Assembly: GCF_006345805.1 (NCBI RefSeq)
Contig: NW_021825403.1
Coordinates: 1-16,043 of the forward strand
Origin: Octopus sinensis
Lineage: Eukaryota
Length of the DNA stretch: 16,043 nucleotides
Direction of reading: 5' to 3'
Both the position numbers and the translations under genes were made by a program. The stretch's first letter is position 1, and each line of letters starts with the position of its first letter. The notes beneath the pieces were generated by a model that made no database searches, had not been told where the DNA came from, and saw only the letters and a list, made by a program, of their open reading frames with translations. Below are positions 8,848-16,043 of the stretch, one piece after another.

Positions 8848-9008
8848 TTCCGTGCTGCCTTTGCCAAATCATATTTAAATGTTGAAGTGAATCTAACGGT
8901 TTCTGTGTGTTTTTAAATGACTTATAAACTCCTTCCATGCTGCAATTGTTTTAGTTTTAGCACACGATCTCAGAACAGGTCACTTGCTATGCAAGTATAT
9001 CACCGTAA
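8799..9008. mobile_element. Second rearranged copy of unit U (inverted 5' segment plus direct 3' segment)
   Basis: 8799-8858 is the reverse complement of the U 5' end. ~8860-9008 is direct U from tttg(a/c)caaa to gtaa, matching 4967-5116. Confidence 0.8.
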
Positions 9009-9200
9009 TATATATATATAAGCAATAATAAATCTCTGAACGGAGATATAAACAGTAGCAGCATGACATTGTGAAGTATATTTGTCACCTAGAAATTTAT
9101 TATTGCTTGTTTCTCATTTTTCGAGATCAGTGACTTTTCATCGCTGGAAAAAGTATATATATTTTCATTGAAAATCACTCCGCATCCCCAGCCGGTGGTT

Positions 9201-9253
9201 GTCACACGCTGATGACGGGTTATTACCCAGAAACTCGGGTCTGTGTGTATGAC
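9201..9253 (+). ncRNA. Minimal type I hammerhead ribozyme with canonical core (Penelope-type)
   Basis: CACACG-CUGAUGA(9209-9215)-C-GGGU-uauu-ACCC-A-GAAA(9230-9233)-C-ucgg-GUC/UGUGUG. Helix III is short and self-complementary (CUCGGG). There is a C.A mismatch at 10.1/11.1. Confidence 0.7.
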
Positions 9254-10044
9254 GTCCGTGTGGAGATGAGAACGATGATTTCCCTTTGCAAATACTGATA
9301 GGTTACAGACAGTGTGTCAATAGCCAATTGGAGGAGGTGACTTCCTGGGGCTATAAACTACAGTAGCATCGTCCCTTGTGGGTCAGCCACATTTAGGTGG
9401 CAACTATACTTCACGATGCATGTCCTCTTATTGGTATTTGCGTAACATTCTCGGAGAAAATGAAACAAATATGGACGACTTGTTCAGAAACACTCACGAG
9501 TGGAGAACAGTTCTCAAAAATATCCCCCAATTGTTTTCCCAAAAAAATTCCTATATCCTCGGAATCTACATAGTCCGAGGTATATTTTTACAGAATTTTA
9601 TTTAAAAATATCCATTTTCTTGAAAGTTAAGACGAATTGAAGCATACTCCGATAAATTTTCCGAATTTCCCCACCCAAAAAAATTTTGTATATTCGGAAT
9701 CTACATGATATAACTCATATTCGTAGACAATTTCATTTAAAATATTCATTTTTCTGAAAGTTATGATCACCCAAAGTCGTGATGCGCAGAAATCTGTAGT
9801 TATACTGATTCAAAAATACATAAAATGAGTTGTGCAAATATAAAAAAAAGTTCGTCAATATTCAGAGGATTATTTAAAATTTGGATTTATACCCGCTCTC
9901 CACGATAAACTGTTACCAAGTTATGGTCGAAAAACTCAGATCTTGTGAATTTTCCAAAGTCCTCTCCCCACACCTCGGAAAAGATTTTCCCACAAATTTC
10001 TTTATAATCGTAATCTATGCCGGTTTAAAGGTATTTATATAAAA

Positions 10045-10546
10045 CTAGCAGTATCGCTCGGCGTTGCTCGGGTTTGTAAGGGAAATAACTATATAAGCAT
10101 TTTTAGAGAGTTACTTCCCTTATAGATGCCAATGCGGGCTTTCTTAGCCATTTCTGTTTTGGTGTCTTCAAGCCATGAAGTCGTTGTTCTAAAAGAACGC
10201 TGGTCTCCTTGACAACGCCTTACGACGTTGATTTCCTTACACTCCCTTCCCCACAGCTTCACGAGGGAGGGGAGAAGCAACACAGGTGCAGCTGTGAGCG
10301 TGGACGCCAACTCCGCCGCCATCGACACACGAAAAATATGCATTAAAATAGAATAAAAAATGATGTTAAATTATTTTTAAAATCGTAGACTCATCGTAGA
10401 CGCGCGCTAATAGCCAGACGGGCTCGATATGAATCACGTTTATAAGATACCCGAATTTGGTTAAACTGCACCGCAAAATGTGGGAGTAGTTAGGAATCTA
10501 AATCGAAGAGGACAGACACTCACACAACTACAGTTTTATATATATA
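10045..10546 (-). mobile_element. Non-autonomous Helitron, copy 3 (longer subfamily)
   Basis: 3' CTAG at 10045-10048 followed by T on the minus strand, with the terminal hairpin. The 5' end TATATATATAAAAC lacks the initial TC, which may sit at 11055-11064. Confidence 0.85.
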
Positions 10547-11054
10547 CTAGCAGTATCGCCCGGCGTTGCTCGGGTTTGTAAGGGAAATAACTATATAAGC
10601 AATTTTAGAGAGTTACTTCCCTTATAAATTCGGGCTTTCTTAGCCATTTTTGTTTTGGTGTCTTCAAGCCATGAAGTCGTTGTTCTAAAAGAACGCTGGT
10701 TCCTTCACAACGCATTACAACGTTGATTTCTTTACACTCCCTTCCCCACAGCTTCACGAGGGAGGGAAGGGGGAGAAGCAAACAGGTGCAGCTGTGAGCG
10801 TGGACGCCAACTCCGCCGCCATCGACATACGATGCATTTTATGCATTAAAATGGAATAAAAAATGATGTAAATTATTTTTAAAATCGTAGACTCATCGTT
10901 GACGCGCGCTAATAGTCAGACGGGCTCGATATGAATCACGACTATAAGATACCCGAATTTGGTTAACTGCACCGCACCGCAAAATGTGGGAGGAGTTAGG
11001 AATCTAAATCGAAGGGGACAGACACTCACACACCTAGAGTTTTATATATATAGA
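10547..11054 (-). mobile_element. Non-autonomous Helitron, copy 4 (longer subfamily)
   Basis: Minus strand starts A|TCTATATATATAAAAC at 11054 and ends CTAG|T at 10547-10550. Similar but not identical to copy 3. Confidence 0.85.
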
Positions 11055-11105
11055 TATATATAGATTTCATTAAAAATAAACATTTTTCTAGAAGACCAGG
11101 AAGAC

Positions 11106-11138
11106 GAAGAAGAAGAAGAAGAAGAAGAAGAAGAAGAA
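11106..11138. repeat. (GAA)11 microsatellite
   Basis: Direct reading of the sequence. Confidence 0.95.
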
Positions 11139-11415
11139 CGATTGAGACAGACGAGTCAAGGAAGGACCTCTCCAAGGTCGTGTGACGTACAGGAAACAGC
11201 AAAACCTCAAATAATAAAATAAGATATTGTGAGTCTTGATCATGTACGAAACGAAACTAGAAACAGCATTTTTAAAGGATAGGCGCAAATAACATAAGAG
11301 AAGAAGTAAGCGATTATTATTGAGGATGTTCGCTAATAATGCTTCGGTTTTTTTTAACAATAATAATATCAAACAATTACGTCATCCTTAATTTCTCGGA
11401 AAATTTGGGCGTATT

Positions 11416-12321
11416 CACACACACACACACGCAAGTACGCATACATACATACATACATACATACATACATACATACATGCATTCATACATACATACATGC
11501 ATACATATATACACACACACATACATACATACACACACATACACATACATACATACACACATACATACATACATACATACATTCATACACGCACACACAT
11601 ACATACACACACACATACATACATACACACACACATACATACATACATACATACACACATACATACATACACACATACATACATACATACATACATACAT
11701 ACATACACACACATACATCCATATATACTTACATACATACATACATACATACACACACATACATACACACATACATACATACATACATACATACATACAT
11801 ACATTCATACATACATACACACATACATACATACATACACACATACATACATACATACATTCATACATATATACATACATACATACATGCATGCATACAT
11901 ACATACATACATACATACATACATACACACATACATACATACATACATACATACAAACACACATACATACATACATACATACATACATACATACATACAT
12001 ACGTACGTACGTACGTACATACATACATACATACATACATACATACATACATACACACATACATACATACACACATACATACGTACATACATACATACAA
12101 ACACACACACATACATACATACATACATACATACATACATACATACATACATACATACAAACATACATACACACATACATACATATATACATACAAACAT
12201 ACATACATACATACATACATACATACATACATACATACATACGTACATACATACATACACACATACACACATACATACATACATACATACATACATACCC
12301 ACATACACATACATACATACA

Positions 12322-12355
<34 letters not shown>

Positions 12356-12533
12356 CATACAAACATACATACATACATACGTACATACATACATACACAC
12401 ATACACACATACATACATACATACATACATACATACCCACATACATACATACATACATACATACATACATACAAACATACATACACACACACATACATAC
12501 ATACATACATACATACATACAAACACACACACA

Positions 12534-12565
<32 letters not shown>

Positions 12566-12572
12566 CATACAT
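11416..12572. repeat. ~1.15-kb interrupted (ACAT)n satellite
   Basis: ACAT units with ACAC, ACGT, ACAA, ACCC and TCAT variants. It is the source of the spurious HTYI/MYVC ORFs. Confidence 0.98.
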
Positions 12573-12706
12573 TGATCTGAGTCATCAGTTTGTTTTCCTA
12601 TTTATTGAGTGGTTTTGTTCTCTATTGACAAAAAAAATACATGAATGACACAACATCCTGTTCTTCCACACACTAAATAACATAATCTTAATTAATTACA
12701 TTATTT

Positions 12707-12921
12707 AGGACAATGAGCTGACAGAATCGTTAGCACGCTGGGGAAATATGCTTGGCGGCGTTTGGTCCGTCTTCGCGTTCTGAGTTAAATTTGCGCAAGG
12801 GTCGACATTGCCCTTCATACTTTCAGGGTCGATGAAATAAGTACCAGTTGAGCACTGGGATCGATGTAATCGTCTTACCCGCCTCCCCCGAAATTGCTGG
12901 CCTTGTGCCAAAATTTGAAAT
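12707..12921 (+). mobile_element. SINE, family S2
   Basis: gagctgacagaatcgttagcacg...gttctgagttaaattt...ccttgtgccaaaatttgaaa. Confidence 0.85.
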
Positions 12922-12983
12922 CATTAATTACGTTATCGTATGTGAATCCTAAAACGAATTTTGCTTGGAGTGGCATTATTATA

Positions 12984-13146
12984 ATACCTATTTCTTTACT
13001 ACCCACAAGGGGCTAAACACAGAGGGGACAAACAAGGACAGACATAGGTATTAAGTCGATTACATCGACCCCAGTGCTTAACTGGTACTTAATTTATCGA
13101 CCCCGAAAGGATGAAAGGCAAAGTCGACCTCGGCAGAATTTGAACT
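12984..13146 (-). mobile_element. SINE, family S2 variant (5'-truncated, inverted)
   Basis: Reverse complement of 13224-13386 at about 93% identity. Confidence 0.9.
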
Positions 13147-13150
13147 GTAA

Positions 13151-13386
13151 GGTGGCGAGCTGGCAGAAGCATTAGCACGCCGGGCGAAATGCTTTGCGGT
13201 ATTTGCTCCGCCGCTGCGTTCTGAGTTCAAATTCTGCCGAGGTCGACTTTGCCGTTCATCCTTTCGGGGTCGATAAATTAAGTACCAGTTACGCACTGTG
13301 ATCGATATAATTAACTTAATCCGTTTGTCTGTCCTTGTTTGTTCTCTCTGTGTTTAGCCCCTTGTGGGTAGTAAAGAAATAGGTAT
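13151..13386 (+). mobile_element. SINE, family S2 variant (full length)
   Basis: ggtggcgagctggcagaa head through the gtaaagaaataggtat tail. Confidence 0.9.
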
Positions 13387-13547
13387 TTCGTCTGTCTTTA
13401 CGTTCTGAGTTCAAATTCCGCCGAGGTCGACGTTGCCTTTCATCCTTTCGGGGTCGATAAATTAAGTACCAGTTGCGTACTGGAGTCGATCTAATTGACT
13501 GGCCCCTTCCCCAAAAATTTCGGGGCTTGTGCCTAGAGTAGAAAAGA
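13381..13547 (+). mobile_element. SINE, family S2, joined head-to-tail to the previous copy
   Basis: ggtatttcgtctgtctttacgttctgagttcaaattccgccgagg...cctagagtagaaaag. Confidence 0.85.
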
Positions 13548-13721
13548 TGACTATGATATCTGTGCTAAGTTAAAATACAACCAGATTATACTTTTAACTT
13601 TTAATTTTTTTCTTTTCATTTCTTGTTTCCTCTTTTGTTTATCTTTGTTTTGAGTTTTATTTATTTAAGATTTTTTGTTTGTTTTGGTGGGGGTTTTTTC
13701 TAGTATCGATGAAAAATGACC

Positions 13722-13880
13722 GAAAGTATGGCTAAGTGGTTAGGAAATTCATTTCGAACCAGAGACCATAAGGTCTCTGGTTCGATGTTACAAGGTAGTA
13801 CCTTGGACAAGTACATTTACTACAACTTTAGGGTAAACCTAAGCTTTGTGAGCGAAATTGAGTCGGCAGAAACTATAAGA
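13722..13880 (+). mobile_element. SINE 5' half (family S1, diverged) running into (ACAT)n
   Basis: A box TGGCTAAGTGG (13729-13739), GGTTCGA (13779-13785), accttggacaagt and aagctttgtgag..gaaact, homologous to 14758-14908. Confidence 0.65.
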
Positions 13881-13900
13881 AACACACATACATACATACA

Positions 13901-13927
<27 letters not shown>

Positions 13928-13932
<5 letters not shown>

Positions 13933-14523
13933 CATACATTGATCTGAGTCATCAGTTTGTTTTCCTATTTATTGAGTGGTTTTGTTCTCTATTGACAAAA
14001 AAAATACATGAATGACACAACATCCTGTTCTTCCACACACTAAATAACATAATCTTAATTAATTACATTATTTAGGGCAATGAGCTGACAGAATCGTTAG
14101 CACGCTGGGGAAATATGCTTGGCGGCGTTTGGTCCGTCTTCGCGTTCTGAGTTAAATTTGCGCAAGGGTCGACATTGCCCTTCATACTTTCAGGGTCGAT
14201 GAAATAAGTACCAGTTGAGCACTGGGATCGATGTAATCGTCTTACCCGCCTCCCCCGAAATTGCTGGCCTTGTGCCAAAATTTGAAATCATTAATTACGT
14301 TATCGTATGTGAATCCTAAAACGAATTTTTCTTGGAGTGGCATTATTATAATAACCTATTTCTTTACTACCCACAAGGGGCTAAAACACAGAGGGGACAA
14401 ACAAGACAGACATAGGTATTAAGTCGATTACATCGACCCCAGTGCTTAACTGGTACTTAATTTATCGACCCCGAAAGGATGAAAGGCAAGTCGACCTCGG
14501 CAGAATTTGAACTGTAAGGTGGC
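13928..14523 (+). repeat. Local duplication, copy 2, containing S2 SINEs at 14074-14288 (+) and 14351-14513 (-)
   Basis: See copy 1. It ends in a 22-bp tandem repeat GGCAGAATTTGAACTGTAAGGT (14499-14520/14521-14542). Confidence 0.95.
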
Positions 14524-14569
14524 AGAATTTGAACTGTAAGGTGTCAAATAAATCGTACATGCTTGACTC

Positions 14570-14722
14570 ATCCGTCTTTACATTCTGAGTTCAAATTCCG
14601 CCGAGGTCGGCATTGCCTTTTATCCTTTCAGGGTCGATTAGATAAGTACCAGTTGAACACTGAGGTTGATGTAATCGGCTTACCTCTCCCCTAAAATTGC
14701 TGGCTTTGTGTCAAAATTTGAA
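14570..14722 (+). mobile_element. SINE, family S2 (5'-truncated)
   Basis: ttctgagttcaaattccgccgagg...gtgtcaaaatttgaaa. Confidence 0.8.
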
Positions 14723-14757
14723 AATAATATATCACCGAAAGTGTAATATTAGAATCG

Positions 14758-14908
14758 GCCGAGTAGTAAGAAACTTGCTTCCCAACCACATGGTTCCAGG
14801 TTCGGCACCACTGCGTGGCGACTTGGGCAAGTGTCTTCTATTATAGCTTTTGGCCAACCAAAGTCTTATGAGTGGATTTGGTAGATGGAAACTGAAAGAA
14901 GCTCGTCA
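14758..14908 (+). mobile_element. SINE 5' half (family S1)
   Basis: cttgcttcccaaccacatggttccaggttc..cttgggcaagtgtcttcta..gtggatttggtagatggaaactgaaagaagc, followed by a GT-rich microsatellite. Confidence 0.8.
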
Positions 14909-14931
14909 TGTGTGTATGTGTGTGTATTCCT

Positions 14932-15318
14932 GTTTAAAGACGTGAGGATGTATTCCAGCGTGTAGATGCAGCCAGGACGTCTGTTGTGTCCTTTCCTGCT
15001 GGTCACGACTTTGTGGTTTCCATTGCAACTGTCCATTTCACAGAGCACTCTCTACTCTTTTACTCTTTTCCTCTTTTACTTGTTTCAGTCATTTGACTGC
15101 GGCCATGCTGGAGCACCGCCTTTAATCGAGCAACTTGACCCCGTACTTATTCTATCGGTCTCTTTTGCCGAACCGCTAGGTAACGGGGACATAAACCCAC
15201 CAGCATCGGTTGTCAAGCAGTGAATAGCTGTCATGATGTTGGCAATTTGAAACCCGGCGTGGATCATCATGACACAGGTAACTAGTTTCAAATATTCGGA
15301 TGGCTTCCAGTCCTCCAT
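14932..15318 (-). pseudogene. Tc1/mariner-like (possibly DD37D/maT) transposase N-terminal remnant interrupted by a SINE
   Basis: Two minus-strand pieces, MEDWKPSEYLKLVTCVMMIHAGFQIANIMTA (15318-15226) and LCEMDSCNGNHKVVTSRKGHNRRPGCIYTLEY (15045-14950), flank an S1 SINE. They resemble my recollection of the HTH region of maT-like transposases. No catalytic domain or TIR is seen. Confidence 0.45.
15052..15225 (-). mobile_element. SINE 3' half (family S1)
   Basis: (ctctttta)-like tail repeats plus cttgtttcagtcatttgactgcggccatgctggagcaccgcc...catcggttgtcaagc. Confidence 0.88.
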
Positions 15319-15612
15319 GTCAGCTTATTTTTTCTCAACTACAATTTTAATCTTCACGCTTTCCAACGCCGTTGGCTATTCGCCAATACATCATGCTGCT
15401 TCCGACAAATTGAGACATTAAAAACGGTGGAAATTATCAAATTTAAATTTAGACCGAAAACCACAAATATGTATATGTGTGTGGCAGTGATCGTAGAGTA
15501 ATGTAAAAATAAAATGTTTTGCTGAAGCACCCGGCTTGGAAATCGCAACCACGTTCTCGAGGTCGGAGTGCCATACCTCAGCAACTAGCAACGTGCCTAG
15601 TGGTTAGGCTAT

Positions 15613-15961
15613 TGCAGGCATAGACCTGATATAATGATTTGGGATAAGAAAAGAGAAACTATGCGCAGTTGTGGAAATCAGCTTCCCAACGGATGTTAAC
15701 GTAAATTTGAAGATCAGTGAAAAAGAAAACACCTATGCTGAACTATTGAGAAATCTACAATTACTCTATCCAGATTATAAGTTCAGGTTTAAACATGTAA
15801 TTATTGGGGACCTGGGGTATGTAACACACTGTCTAAATACCAATCTTGAGAAATTAGGCTTCTCATAACCAGGAAGGAGAAAGCTAATTCGAAGACTACA
15901 GATCCAATCCATCACTGGAACTATAAAAATCTGTAAAACTTTCCAGAAGTTTATCATTTAA
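15613..15961 (+). pseudogene. 3' end of an RLE-type non-LTR retrotransposon (restriction-like endonuclease domain), decayed
   Basis: Reads CRHRPDIMIWDKK[+1 frameshift ~15652]EKLCAVVEISFPTDVNVNLKISEKENTYAELLRNLQLLYPDYKFRFKHVIIGDLG...FS*PGRRKLIRRLQIQSITGTIKICKTFQKFII*. This is the RPD..E..P.D..K..EK..Y motif of R2/R4-type RLE domains. Confidence 0.85.
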
Positions 15962-16043
15962 ATATATATGAGCATGTCTAGATATGTAACTATATGCATG
16001 AGAATACATATACAAGCAAAACGTAGAAGCTTACACGTATACG

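Larger units (their letters stand above)
12561..13156 (+). repeat. Local duplication, copy 1 (~595 bp)
   Basis: Matches 13928-14523 at offset 1367 with about 2 substitutions and 4 single-base indels. Confidence 0.95.

Noticed and set aside
9378-9605. 75-aa ORF with slight resemblance to a LINE C-terminus
   Set aside because: No recognisable motif and no splice context.
12582-12588. CTGATGA on the minus strand (also 13949-13955)
   Set aside because: It is followed by CTCAGATCAATG and microsatellite, with no stem II or GAAA.
11339-12648. ORFs of 235-413 aa (HTYI/MYVC repeats) on both strands
   Set aside because: They are translations of (ACAT)n, which lacks stop codons in most frames. There is no coding signal.
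15229-15274. 10-bp inverted repeat with AUGA...GA, SECIS-like
   Set aside because: Helix II does not form with the required register, and the sequence lies within a probable transposase remnant.

Overview
A eukaryotic, AT-rich and repeat-saturated window, probably intronic or intergenic. The SINE families resemble those I recall from Octopus (coleoid cephalopod); this is unverified. It contains no intact long gene, and the long ORFs in the track are microsatellite artefacts. Mobile elements: four non-autonomous Helitrons (one apparently nested in the TA run of another), about 15 tRNA-derived SINE pieces of at least three families, two decayed restriction-like-endonuclease (RLE) LINE 3' ends, a Tc1/mariner-like transposase remnant split by a SINE, and a hAT-like MITE. 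Other repeats: a 107-bp minisatellite, a 1.15-kb (ACAT)n tract and a ~595-bp near-identical local duplication. One candidate 81-nt coding exon lies at 6707-6787. The most interesting signal is a ~205-bp repeat (unit U) found in fold-back form at 4797-5117 and 8799-9008. It carries a minimal type I hammerhead-ribozyme fold whose core reads GUGA(A/U)CA, a compensatory G3:C8 swap of the canonical C3:G8 pair. The two intact motifs differ in the core only at the free positions N7 and H17. A canonical-core minimal hammerhead lies nearby at 9201-9253. All RNA folds were deduced by eye and none has been tested.
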